NCBI GenBank assembly: GCA_013115145.1
Contig: JAAPAO010000023.1
Coordinates: forward strand, 65,438-129,437
Source: Perkinsus chesapeaki ATCC PRA-425
Lineage: Eukaryota; Protista; Perkinsozoa
Direction: 5' to 3'
Length of the DNA: 64,000 nt
Shown here: positions 51,852-63,712 of the stretch, piece by piece
How the letters are laid out: each line of letters opens with the position of its first letter
Numbering within the stretch: position 1 is the stretch's first letter
The notes under the pieces: model-generated
What the model saw: only the letters and a program-made list of their open reading frames with translations
What the model was told of the DNA's origin: nothing
The model's database searches: none
Made by a program: the position numbers and the translations under genes

Positions 51852-51985
51852 GCCTGTTTATACTACCTGTGTCGGCTATTTGTCGCCCTCAGGAGGGAAA
51901 CGCAGGCGATACCGCCGCATCCTGACTCCCATTACCGTCAATTGCTATCTGATGCATTGCCGGTTTAGTTTAGTCAAGTACATTT
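51852..51985 (+). ncRNA. Box H/ACA snoRNA, copy 1
   Basis: Hairpin GCCTG...CAGGC, variant H box ATACCG at 51909, second hairpin (TGACT/AGTCA, ACCG/CGGT), ACA at 51980 plus 3 nt. Confidence 0.7.
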
Positions 51986-52001
51986 ACACAGTGGAATGGT
52001 C

Positions 52002-52138
52002 GCCTGTTTATACTACCTGTTTTGGCTCTTTGTTGCCCTCAGGAGGGAAACGCAGGCCATAGCATCCTCGGCTGGCTCCCATTACCGTCCACTGCCATCT
52101 GCTGATGCATTGCCGGTTAAGTTATGTCAGTTACACCT
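52002..52138 (+). ncRNA. Box H/ACA snoRNA, copy 2
   Basis: Same fold, canonical H box ATAGCA at 52059, ACA at 52133; second-hairpin lower stem changed to CTGGC/GTCAG while still pairing. Confidence 0.78.
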
Positions 52139-52248
52139 CTATGTTCCCCTTAACATGATTTCCATTTGATATTGCGAGGTGTTGAGAGTTCAGTGAAGAG
52201 TCAATGTTATGTCCTCCTTTCTGTAGCTCTTCTAGATAGTTCACAAGC

Positions 52249-55070
52249 ATGACGGTTGGCAGGCAAAAGGCTGTGATGTCGATGATTGACCGCAGCACTA
52301 ATACCTCCCATACCGCGGACCTCTCGGAGACCCAAAACAACTTCGGCAAATACGTTTTCTCGATCCGTGTAATGCAGAACCGTCTGCCATCGGAAGTGTT
52401 CAAGCATCTGAAGATATGCATGGAAGCCGGTCGGTTGGGGGTTGAGTATGTTTTTCAAGGCAGCCCCGCTGTTTCAGGAAGGCCCCTTGATCCCTCTTTG
52501 GCTGATACAGTCGCCGCTGCCATGAAGGATTGGGCTGTTGGTCTCGGTGCCACACACTTCACACATGTCTTTTATCCACATACTGGTTCCACTGCGGAGA
52601 AGCACGAGAGCTTCATCGAGCCACGTGGAGACGGGACTGCCTTCACTATGTTCAACGGCAAATCTCTGATCCAGGTAAACGGCAGCGATGACAAGCCGTT
52701 GATGATTCTCTCAGGGCGAGCCTGATGCGTCCTCCTTCCCGCACGGTGGCATCAGGGACACTTACGAGGCCAGGGGCTACACTGCCTGGGACGTCACTGT
52801 AGGCGCCGCTCGTTTATTCGACACCCGTCGATACAGTTGTTGTTGTTTGTCAGTCCCCAGCCTACCTCATGGAGAGGGGTGGCTGCCTGACCCTCTGTAT
52901 CCCTACAGCCTTCGTGGCTTGGACCGGTGAGGCCATGGACCTCAAGACGCCACTGCTGAGGTCGATGCAGGTAGACTGCTGGCCAGCTGCGAGCGTGTCA
53001 GATTCGTATTCAGGCTGTCGCTGCCGAGGCCGAAAAGATGCTGGTGCACTTCGTTGGTGACGAGCCCATGGACCAAGTTGTGTCGTTCTGCGGCGCCGAG
53101 CAGGAGTATTTCCTTGTCGACAAGAAGCTCTTCGCGATGAGGCCTGATCTGGTCATCTGCAGCCGCACACTCTTCGGTCGATGCCCAGCCAAGACGCAGC
53201 AGTTCGATGACCATTACTTCGGCGCCATTCCCGACCGAGTGCTCAAGTTCATGACCGAGACCGAGAGCCTGCTGTACAAGCTTGGTGTGCCGATCAAATG
53301 CCGTCACAACGAAGTCGCTCCGGGACAGTTCGAGATTGTTCCGCTCTTCGAGACCGCTAATATCGCCTCCGACCATCAGCACATCCTAATGCAAGTTTTG
53401 GATAACATTGCCAGCAAACATGGATTCAAGGCCCTGTTCCACGAGAAGCCCTTCAGAGGTGTTAATGGCTCCGGCAAGCATGTCAACTGGAGTATCGGCA
53501 ACACCACCCAAGGTAAGCAGCAGCAGCGGTAGCCTGCACTAGAGCTGAGTGCAGGTAACCTTTTGAACCCGACAGACAACCCCGCTGACAACCTGCCATT
53601 TTTGATCTTCCTCTCGGCGGTCATCAGAGCGGTTGATCTACATTCGGGCCTTCTGAGGGCGACGGTCGCCTCGTTCTCCAACGACCACAGGCTTGGTACA
53701 ATACAGTCTTTCTCATCGAATGGTGCACTCTGCAATTTTCAGGCGCGCAGGAGGCGCCCCCGGCCATCATTTCGGTCTATTTGGGCGACCAACTTCAGGA
53801 TGTTTTTGAGCAAATTCGTGCCACCATCAACTCGGATAATCGTCGAGGCTCTGGGGGATACAATCTCGAGACTAGGGTAGGCGGCCCAACGCCGCGCGTT
53901 GGTGGGTTTGTCCAATCTGCTATCAGGTCCGCCGTAGTTCCCTCACACTTGGGGCCAACACCCTTCCCTCACTTAACAAGGATGCTGGCGACCGTAACAG
54001 GACCAGTCCGTTCGCCTTTACTGGCAACAAGTAGGCTGCCGCGGCGGCCACCGGGAACACACCCGATGCCAGGCCCTGTTGAAATGTGTGTTAGCTTTCT
54101 CCGAGAATGAGAACGGTTCTCGGTCAAGCCCCGGGATGTGCTCGTCTGTGACCCTCAGAAAATCCAAACCGCAAAAGTTGGAATGTGAAAAAATCGCCGG
54201 AAATTTTTATCGAAAATTTTTTCGAACATACGTAGGTTGCGGAATAGTCCAACCGTGCTGACAGGTTTGAATTCCGTGCCGTTGGATCCAGCGAGTCCCT
54301 GTCCCCGGCTCTCATCATGCTCAACACTATGATGGCTGAGAGCCTGAGGGATATGCGGGCTCAACTAGAGGAGCGGCTTGGTGAAGGGCTCTCCCTCGAC
54401 TACGCCGCCAAGGCCGTCATTCGTGATGTCTACAGAGACCACGGCAAAGTCATCTTCAACGGTGATGGGTACTCGGACGCATGGAAGGAGGAGGCCGCTC
54501 GGCGCGGGTTGAAGAACCTCCAGAAGGCCCCCGAGGCATTGGCTGAATATTCCACTGAGGAGTCCATAGCCTTATTTGAAGGGACAGGAGTGATGAGCAA
54601 GTCGGAGGTTGTCTCCAGACAGAACGTCCTGCTTGAGCGCTACGCCAACATGGGTCGCGTGGAGGCCGAGTGCGCCCATAGAGTTGCTCAGACTCTTATC
54701 GCACCGGCGTGCATGCGCTACCTCTCGGAGGTCTCCGGAACTCTGAATTCTTCTAAGGCCGCTGGTGGCGCCCCGCGGTTCGTACAGGAGCAGTACGCAG
54801 CGCTGGGTAAGGGGATTGATGACCTTGGTGATGCCCTTAAGGAAGTGGAGACTGCCATGAATCATATCAACGAGAAGGGTGATGTGATGGCTCATGCTAG
54901 GTCGGTGGCAGTTTTCCGACATTTTCCCAGAATTCGCTCTCAGGTATGCAGCTGACATTCTGAACCCGGCTACCGAGAAGCTCCGTACTGTGGTGGACGC
55001 TCTGGAGCTACTCGTGGCAGATGATCAATGGCCCCTGCCTACCTACCAGGAAATGTTATTTATGAAGTGA
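52249..55070 (+). CDS. Glutamine synthetase type III, copy 2 (9 introns)
   Basis: Same GSIII motifs as copy 1 after removing nine GT-AG introns; ends [16 protein letters not shown]. Confidence 0.95.
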
Positions 55071-55224
55071 TGATAATGTTATTATAGTCTAAGAGGAGTG
55101 CGGCTAGACCCGCTCCTCCGCAATGTCATTACTCGTTTTCATGTCATTATCTCTTGTCAAGTTCCCCACTAAGTACACAACACATCAATCACTTCCAACA
55201 GCGAACTCCGTCATGAACGAACAT

Positions 55225-55669
55225 TTAACCCATTCGGGCGATTCTGGAAGCTCTGGCGCCGCGTAGCCTATCTCTGATGTTAGCAGTACGACGAGCAAGA
55301 GACATATGGTCGACCTTCACGTCGGGACCATTCACCAGTTCGCGCTGACAAGGACTATTGCTGGGTAGGAATTGGATAGACTTACTGCACGATGGACGCG
55401 ATGGGCCAGATAGGCCTCCTTGAGCCTCTTAAAGGGGGCCTGGATGGCTCTCATGTGAGCGATGATAGCGTTGTGGATGTCGGAGTCCGACAGGGACTTC
55501 TTTTGGGTTTCCTAAAATGAACAAGGTTATGTAGATCAGCGTGGAACGAATTGGATACCTCATCATCATCGTCATCAATAATGTCCTTTTGTTTGGTCTT
55601 AGCCTTCTCAACGCCAGCGGCAATGGCCACCGCGAAAAGAATGTAAAGGATAATGTAACGGAATAGCAT
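55225..55669 (-). CDS. Small secreted hypothetical protein (~125 aa, 3 exons)
   Basis: Signal-peptide-like MLFRYIILYILFAVAIAA, acidic DDDDDE stretch, two GT-AG introns, basic C-terminus ...RASRIARMG-TAA. Confidence 0.6.
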
Positions 55670-56193
55670 TTAATAGAGAGTAAATAGCTAGGCAGTGCAC
55701 CATGACCGCTCAGCTACCAGTTAAAGTCAGTTTGGGCGGAATAGATGCTTTTCTTTTAAGCCAGCCAGCCTCCTCTGTTTGAATTGAGTGTTCCTGCATC
55801 GTTACTTCAGCAAGGGCACTTTCTCAGCGACCACGGCGGGGTCGGAAATAGAAAGCCGCTCGAAAGGGCGATCGGAGGGATGCGCTGGGCGAGCGAGATT
55901 TTTGTGCCGGTGGAAATCTGGCCAGCGCGGCGCTCGAAAGTGGTCGCACAATTTCCACCTCTAAAAGGCTAATGCGACACTCAGAAACTGCATTGCTTAT
56001 TGTAGTACCCCAGTTTATCGGACCAACCTGTTTCCGACAGTTCAGGGCTCACACTTCCGAAAAGGGCTCGCGGGACTACCACAGTCTTGTTCGACTGCGT
56101 CTAGGTTTCGGAGGCAGGCAACGACTCGAAAGCAGTGGTCGATGAAGGTGACAATAGATCGGGCGAGTCTCAATAGACTAGACGAACATCATC

Positions 56194-56265
56194 GGCTGTG
56201 TGGTCTAGTGGTATGATTCTCGCTTAGGGTGCGAGAGGTCCCGAGTTCAATTCTCGGCACAGCCC
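56194..56265 (+). tRNA. tRNA-Pro(AGG)
   Basis: Acceptor GGCTGTG/CACAGCC, D-loop TAGTGGTA, anticodon arm CTCGC-TTAGGGT-GCGAG, T-arm CCGAG-TTCAATT-CTCGG. Confidence 0.97.
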
Positions 56266-56564
56266 TTTCTGGCGGCTGACCATTAACTTTTTGTCGTGTG
56301 CACTGTTGTGCAGAGCTGCTCATTCCAGAAGGTCCCCTTGAACGCTCTGAAGTTGAAGCAAGATAGATTACATCCTAACATATATACTATGCATCCATAT
56401 ATAGTGGACAGTAACGAGCGCAACATCAGTACATATATGATTAAAGTTCACAAGTGAATGAAATTGCTTCTACTTTACAAAAAGGCCTCCGAATACGTTC
56501 AATGGTACAAAGCACCCGAATGCGAATGTTGAAAGATGTTCCGGCTCACAGGTGGATGACGAAT

Positions 56565-57640
56565 TCAATCGGTGGGGGCTGCAGCTGTCATCGAATCTCG
56601 GATCCTCGCGTGAGCTTGTACAACAACACGTACCAGATCAGTCAGTTCATCGCGCGCTCGCAAAAGGTCTTCTCTATCATGATGGGCCATGTCAGAGTTT
56701 AAGCAGGCCAAACATGCACGCTCGAGTTGCACACCTGAAGAGATGCCATCTGCAATACAAAAAGGAATCTCCGCAACCTACGTTCCCGCAACAACCGTTC
56801 AAGTCGTCTTTCCTGCTCTTCGAAAACTCGGCCGAGTCGTTCCTGCTGCTCCCCACTATTGGAGTTCTCAGGTTCCGTGCTCGCATCACTATCACAGTCA
56901 GCAACTGATGTAACCGACACCGCGGAATCATCTGACATGAAAGCAATGAGTGGCCGATTACACCTGCGGCTCGCACCTGCTGCATCGTCATCAGGGCTGG
57001 CAGCAGCTTCGGGTGCCGATGAGGCTTCCTGTACAGAAGCATCAGAGTGGAGGGATAAAAGAGGGCTTGTCATGCAACGCTCATAACATACAAAAGGCAC
57101 AAGCTGATACAAAGCCCCTACGCCAGCGGAAGTCGTGCGATCGAACGCAAGTCGCGTATGTATGTCTTAACTACCGTCACCGGCAGTTTGCTCTCCTTCA
57201 CTCGAAACCTGCTGTTGCTGTTGTTGTTGTTGCTGTGCGTCTTTGTGGTGTGTCCTCTCCCCACAGTAGAACGGCGAGGACTCGTCTCGTATGCTGATCC
57301 CCCATTCCCGCTCCAAGGCGTACTCCAGACTCGACAACTAAAGCCAAACAACTCCGTCACAAAACAGGCTGTCATGCTCACCGATATCGCATCTTCCTTC
57401 CGTCGCTTGGCCACCGAGGCAGCGTCAGATAGTATCTTATCCAGTATGTCATTCCCCATCTTTTTCAACAGTTCAATCTGCAGCCAAAAGTAGCCCCGAA
57501 GGAGTCAGCAGGATCGGCCTCACCGTCGTGTCGTCCATTTCGTCCCCGCCCGGCACCAGAGCTCGAAGCTGCTCTGTCGTGAGGACATCTGGTAGGGGCG
57601 TCGCTTGGGACATACCGCCCAGCTGGGGATTACCGGACAT
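56565..57640 (-). CDS. TAF12-like histone-fold protein, probably with a C-terminal coiled-coil extension
   Basis: Spliced sequence DVLTTEQLRALV...EMDDTT|IELLKKMGNDILDKILSDAASVAKRRKEDAIS|LSSLEYALEREWGI parallels the TAF12 histone fold. Linkage of the downstream exons is inferred. Confidence 0.6.
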
Positions 57641-57718
57641 ACCGCAAACTCTACCAGAAAAGTGAAGCCCCTCGGCCAACTCAAGCGACTTGATTCAGAG
57701 AACACCTTCTGCATGGCC

Positions 57719-57954
57719 TCAAAGATTGGCGCATCTAAGCCCGCGTTGCAGGGCATCCGTGTACTGATTAACCGCTGCTATTATATCATCGTCAGCCTGC
57801 GTTCTGGCTCGAGTCTCCAAATGCACTCCTACTCTATGGCATACCAAGGCTGGAGGAGGACGCTCTTTACCATTCTTAATCTTTGCCATTTCTTCCAGAA
57901 GGAAACCTCTGAACTGCTCATCCTCTGTGATGCGACAGTCAGGTCCGCCTGGGC

Positions 57955-57985
<31 letters not shown>

Positions 57986-59232
57986 GCCGCCGCCGAGACA
58001 AGATTACGGGAAGAGAGAGACGGGGGGAGGGGGAAGGAGGGAGACGCTTAGTAAGTGGAAACAGTGGAACTATTCCTAGTAGTTCTCCTGACGCAAGCCC
58101 CCTACTAGAAATGGGAATCGACATCAGCCTGCAAGATGCGGCCACGGAAGGAAATACATTTACCACAAGCTGCTGCTGTTCTGTCCTACCAGCATTGCCT
58201 GATCGCCTCAGAGCCTCTACGTCCTTATCCAGACCAGATGTCTGTTGATCGAACACATTGCACTCATTGGCGACCTTATGCTCTAAGCCCGTGCCTATCT
58301 CATCCAGCCTCTCCAACAGCTGCCAAGGACGTCCCCATCGCGTCACGGCGTCACAACTCACTCTCCGATCCCGCTCAAGCCACAGCTTTCTCTCGCTGCC
58401 CATCCGATCGCCAAGCTCCCGTATCTCCTTCTGGAGCGCCGATGCATCCACCAGCAGCTTCGACGGCAGCTCTCCCCGGAACTGCAGCATCCCTCGCTCG
58501 AGTGTCGTCGTGCCTGCAGAATACCACTTCCCTAGAATGCCCCCATCGGCCCCTCGCCCCCCCACGCATCGCCAACGCCTCGACGGCCTTCGTAGCCTTC
58601 TCCAGCTTGCCGAGGACTCTACTCTGCAGTTTATCCAACATTTCATTAGCCATTTGTTCCGTCATCTTATTAAGGGTATTAGTAGACTCAGTACGTCTAC
58701 GTATCTACCACCAAAGACCAGAGACGCCCTCCTGTGACTCCAAGACAACTGCAAGGAGCATCCCCTTGTTTAACTCCTTTCCAACCAGCCCGAGGACGAG
58801 GCTGATTCATACTCACTGGCTGATAAATGAAGTCATATATTCCGAGCTAGTCAGCAATATTATGCTTCCTACTATGAATCTATCACCGTGGCCCGACGCA
58901 CCTCATCCGAGAGCGCCTTGTCCAACTGGGACACCGTCTCCGCCATATCCTCTATACGGTGGCGGTCAGATGACCTGTACATAGCAACACTTAGCAGCGG
59001 ACCAAGCGCCGTGCACTCTCCCCAATGCCGCCTTTCTCAGACTTCTCAATCGATCCGACAGTTCACTTCGAAAATGCAACTAGCGGCATCCTTCCTGCCT
59101 TCGTCTTGCTGCCTCCTCCTCAATAAGTTTGTCAAATCCAATAAATCTTTCCCCGACAGACAGTAGTTTGTTCCTCAGTCTCTCTGACCTGACCTCGCTC
59201 CCCACAGGTGTAGCCGATCCTCCGCTGTCCAT
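57719..59232 (-). CDS. SF-assemblin / beta-giardin family striated-fibre protein
   Basis: Coiled-coil exons and a C-terminus ETRARTQADDDIIAAVNQYTDALQRGLRCANL-TGA typical of SF-assemblins. Confidence 0.75.
57954..57983 (+). repeat. (CAA)10 microsatellite at the 3' end of an SF-assemblin intron
   Basis: Directly visible. Confidence 0.9.
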
Positions 59233-59490
59233 CTAAATTCTCCACTACAGTCACTGTGACGCTCCTTCAGCAGCTCACCTTCACCGGAGACGCCGAATAA
59301 CTTCTCGAGGATTCGCCGCTAGGTGTGCCACCTACCCAAAACTGTTATTTTTGTTATCACCGCAAAGGCGTCACCATTACTAACTTTCCAAGGCGGAGTC
59401 AACGAGGCAGATGCCATATCAAGACCTACAACCCCACTAATGTCACGACTAACACAATTTCTGTCTCCCTTGAGAATAGAAACTAATAAC

Positions 59491-62360
59491 TTAACGTTTG
59501 CTCTGTCGGGCCTCCTCCAATAGCAGCTTTGCCGGTCCAGGATTAAGTCTGTCCTCTGCCCTCATTGACTTCATCATATTCCTTCTAACTTCTCTATCAA
59601 CAGCAACATCATCTGTTACATCCACATGTGTATCCTCTGGCGCCATCGTCATTTGAAGCTCCTTATCGAGCTCCTGCATGTATCTGATCATTGATGCGTG
59701 AAAGATATGCGCAGATCTCCCCGATGCAGATAACAGCTTGGCGCCCACCCTTGAGAGATCCGATGGAATATATTCAAAGTACACTCTTCCCTCTTAGAGC
59801 AGCCGAGCGGTCACTCTATATAAGCTCACGCCCGAGCTTCTCAAGTGCCCACCCATGGATCTCCGGCATTATAAGATCATCGACAAAAGAGATAAAGTAC
59901 CACACTTCGAGTGCGGCCCTACAAACGCGCTCTCCCTAGACTCACTTTCGCATTTCAGCATCCCCAAACTCCAAGTCGTCCTCATCACCAGACTCCGACA
60001 TATCATCATCCACCTCATCATCATCAAATCCCTCTCCTCGATCCTCTCCATGAGAATCTAAGCAACACCCATATCCCTCACACCCCACCATGAGCCCGTA
60101 CTTTCAACCCCGAGAATGCCAGATGCCCTATTCATCAACTCGTTCAACCTGCTAGTTACATCCCGGAGCTCCTCTTGCTCCTCTGAGGTAAGTTCATCTA
60201 CAAGGAAGCATTTCCTTAACGAGAATCCTCGCCATCCATCCACCTTGCCCTTTAGCTGCTTCGTTCATGGCCTCAGTCAACCAGGTGTCGCTGTCACTTG
60301 GACCATCGTACTTTGCGAAACGCTCGAACTCGACAGGCTGCCGAACGGTAAAGCAATCTTGTTCCAAGCACTGCCTACCTCTCCCTCACTAGTCTGGATA
60401 ACATCCCCCAGGCCCATGCCCTCCTCAAAGTGGGCCGTGTCTTTATTATTAGCCTTTACAGCGCAGTGTGCTGCCAGAGACACTAGACGACCCAACATAA
60501 CTAAAGCAAGGCAAACTCTAAAGCCCAGCGAACGCAGGCCTCTCAGCAATCTCCTACGAGGAATCTATCGTACAGGAGATCCGCAGGTCTATAATGGTAG
60601 ACATTAGGGAAAAGATTATCGAGTCCCCCCGTGCCAAACACTACCAGTATTTTCCTCATTGCGACTCCGAATCTGTTGCCCGCCATAGGCCAGCCTACTG
60701 GGCATCCTCAAGGTGCCCTTAATTCCCATTAGAGAGGCATAATGTAGCCTTGTCATCGACACTCGAATGGTGGCCAGGTCCCCTAAAGCCAACATGCCCG
60801 CCAGGAGACAGCCGGTTGCGCTATTACCTTTGGCGATGCTCTCAGTAATAGCACTAGATCCTCTTTGGGCCAGATGGTCCGGAGGCAGGTAACTAACAAA
60901 CAATTCATGTGTCACGCGCCACAAAATTGATTACTCCATAAGGAAGGATATGATCTGAGGATTCCGTATGAGCTGCTCAGCCAGGACCGCCGGTAACTGG
61001 CATGGAAAACCTCCGAGGCGGTCGAGCTCCTCCGATAGCCACACTTACCAAGAGACGGACATGCATCTGGTCTATGGTCCATGGTGCTGACTTGAGCTTA
61101 TTAATAATACACCGCTGAACACTAGGGGAGGCTATGGTTTCGATATCTTCATCAAATACCTGTAATGAGGTGGTAGCATACCCCAGAGATAGGCGGACTT
61201 GTACGAGCATTAGGCCATACGGGGTTAAGACCGGAAATGTGACAAATGCGGTAATGTGGAGCTGGTGGTGAGAAGCAGCCTCATAAATACAACTTTATGA
61301 AGCCTTCTCCTTCGAGGCGTGAAACCTAGCCCCCTAAAGTTCTAACGGGCACTTGTACTTCTTGGCCCGCACCAGAAGAGATAGATGAAGTTTAGTTAGT
61401 AGCATCATTCTCTCGGGGTGCGATATGCCTTTTCTATACCCCGTCTCTAGTACCATATCCAAGGCAGCGCCGGCTTCCAGCGGTTTTATTTCTAATGCTT
61501 GCTCCTTTGGTCCTTTGGGGCAAATATGGACCATACCTTGATCGACCTAGTAAAATATCTTTTCAAGTTAAGCTGATATAAAAGATACTCCTACCCAAAC
61601 CCTGTTCCCTGCGTTCTCCGGACTCAGCCATTTCGGCAACGCAGCAGCAGCTTCAATAAGCAGTGGATCACCATCGACATCACTGATCTGGCACGCTATC
61701 TCCGCATACCTCCTCGTAAGGGAGACCTACGGCCAAAGTCAGGCAAACTCCCTTAAGAGACCTACCATCAAGCTGACTAGCAGCCACTCATCATGAAGGG
61801 CATCGCCCATCCTCAGGTGTATGCCATACGCCAGATACGGCGACATCTGAGCAACGCTCCTCTGTGTATGAGAGTAATGCCTCGCCTACTGGGTCCAATA
61901 TGTGTATTCGAGGAGGGTCTCTCTGCCAGATGTAGCCCTTAGGAGTGTGGTCATAGAGAAAACCCTTCAAGAGACCATGCCATTTACTGGAGTCATCTGT
62001 GCTCTTTATATAGATCCTATAAGAGGAGACAGTAGGAATCGAACCCACGCCCTTACGGATAGCATGCATGGGCACTCCCAACTAAACTACATCGCCCTCC
62101 ATCCCATCGTATTACTTCACATCCACATAATCATCCAAATTGTTGCCCCCTCCGCTCCTTAAAGCTTCCTGTAGCAGATCACTTGGCTGCGAATCTGGGG
62201 TATAGGCCGACGAAGGAACAGACGGAGACTTCCGTGCACTCATCAAACCAATAGTCAACCTGTTCGACTCGCCCTTGCCCTTAGAACTCCGCAACTCAAA
62301 ACACTTCAGGCTGTCGAGACCATACTCAACGGTAGTAGTAATACGGAACAGTGCCATCAT
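59491..62360 (-). CDS. Large multi-exon hypothetical protein
   Basis: Successive minus-strand open segments separated by GT-AG introns; no family recognised. Confidence 0.45.
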
Positions 62361-62417
62361 CGCAGAGGGTGGTGACACGTGTTATCATACAAGTGGTGAC
62401 AGGCACTTCGCCGCCAT

Positions 62418-63042
62418 TCATACGAAAAAGGCTCTTATTTTACGCCCGTTCATCTCACCACCATCGTAGTTCTCAATGGCGGTCTCAGCATCGCGGGAAT
62501 CTGCAATTGCCTCCTACCATCGCATACAAAATTCACTATTACCTTTGAAGGTTATGATGGCCTGGTTGCCGCCCCGTCTGCTCTCCTCAACGTTGCAGAA
62601 CTCAACAGGTCCAACAGCCCCGAAGGAGGTCTTGATGTCCCTCCATGTGAGGTCGTCGGGGATATTTGTTATTTTGATAGTGCATCCGCCGCCACCACTA
62701 GAGCTCTCTCTATTATTGGTATATTCTCTCCCACTGCCGCCCTGTCTGAAGCCCCTCCTCGAATTGAAAGATCCTTTCCCAGGTCGAACGCCCATAGCCC
62801 GAGCGAATCTTTCAGCCGATTCGGCGCTTTCTGGGGGAGGTTTGGCCACCTCGTAAGGCTGAGACCTGTTGCTTCGACCACTGCCCCTTCCCTTACCACC
62901 GCTACGTCGTTGACGGCCTCCAGTTGAAGGAGTACGGGGAGGATGGCTCGACCTGAGAGTGGCCACTTACGTGGTGATAAGGCAAGGCTTACTACTTCAC
63001 TATGTCGTCGAGGGACATCGATAGCTTGTCAACGGTAGACAT
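62418..63042 (-). CDS. ALY/REF (THOC4/Yra1)-like mRNA export adaptor
   Basis: N-terminal UAP56-binding motif DKLSMSLDDIVK, RG-rich linker with RSNRSQPY, and a single RRM (IKITNIPDDLTWRDIK...AIITFK|DSRDAETAIENYDGGEMNGRKI). Confidence 0.8.
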
Positions 63043-63063
63043 AATGAAGAGAGAAGGAGGATC

Positions 63064-63158
63064 AGGTCTACTATAACCAACTGCATATGATACCTTACTG
63101 AGGTCTATTATAACCAACTGAATTTATAGACCCTATGGAGGTCTATTATGATCAACTA
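63064..63158. repeat. Three copies of AGGTCTA(C/T)TAT(AAC/GAT)CAACT at 37-38 bp spacing, upstream of ALY/REF
   Basis: Copies start at 63064, 63101 and 63139. Confidence 0.8.
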
Positions 63159-63712
63159 GACATTAAGCCCCCATGGGGCTCCTTGAGTGCTCCACACGAC
63201 ACAATATTTTACAATGTGAGTCGCGGATGTTCTTTTACCGGCCCCATCAGAAATCAATTGAGCTACTCCCTCAATTGTGTAATTGGTAAGGAAACCACCG
63301 CACTGGGGCGACGGCGAGGTCGAATTATCGGAAAGTTTCGGTACTGCACGCACGCGCAAGTCGATTCGATCCTCGACAAGTTGTCAAGTGCCCACCTGGT
63401 TGTTAGACAGGCTAGCCTCTTCTGGATTTGCTCATTTCACAAGCCTCCGAACTTTGATTGCTCCTGAGATTGATAGTATTCGACTATTAGGAAGCCTATG
63501 TATTCGTATGATTGATGTTATTACTGACGTATATTGACTGAAGCACACAACATGACTTGTACTTAAGCTCGAGCTAGCGTGCTTTCGCTAGGCTTTAAAG
63601 ATCATTCAAGTGAGCGATGATGTTTATGTGCAGTTGTGCCTAGCTTAAGCGTTTGAGGCATCGATTAGGAATGGCGTGTTCAGTTTTTCCGAGTGCTTTA
63701 ATTGTTAAAAAA

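Noticed and set aside
55093-55118. Hairpin in the GSIII copy 2 3' UTR
   Set aside because: Single short stem with a bulge; within chance expectation and no known element matched.
55827-55947. Possible structured ncRNA (GCGACCAC/GTGGTCGC inverted repeat, GTCGGAAA reminiscent of SRP helix 8)
   Set aside because: Only an 8-bp pairing; the other conserved SRP, RNase P or MRP motifs were not found.
59491-62360. Degenerate retrotransposon on the minus strand
   Set aside because: No RT, RNase H, integrase or tyrosine recombinase motifs; breaks coincide with GT-AG introns, so it is an ordinary hypothetical gene.
63064-63158. CRISPR-like array
   Set aside because: Eukaryotic context, only three short imperfect repeats, ~17-nt spacers and no cas genes.
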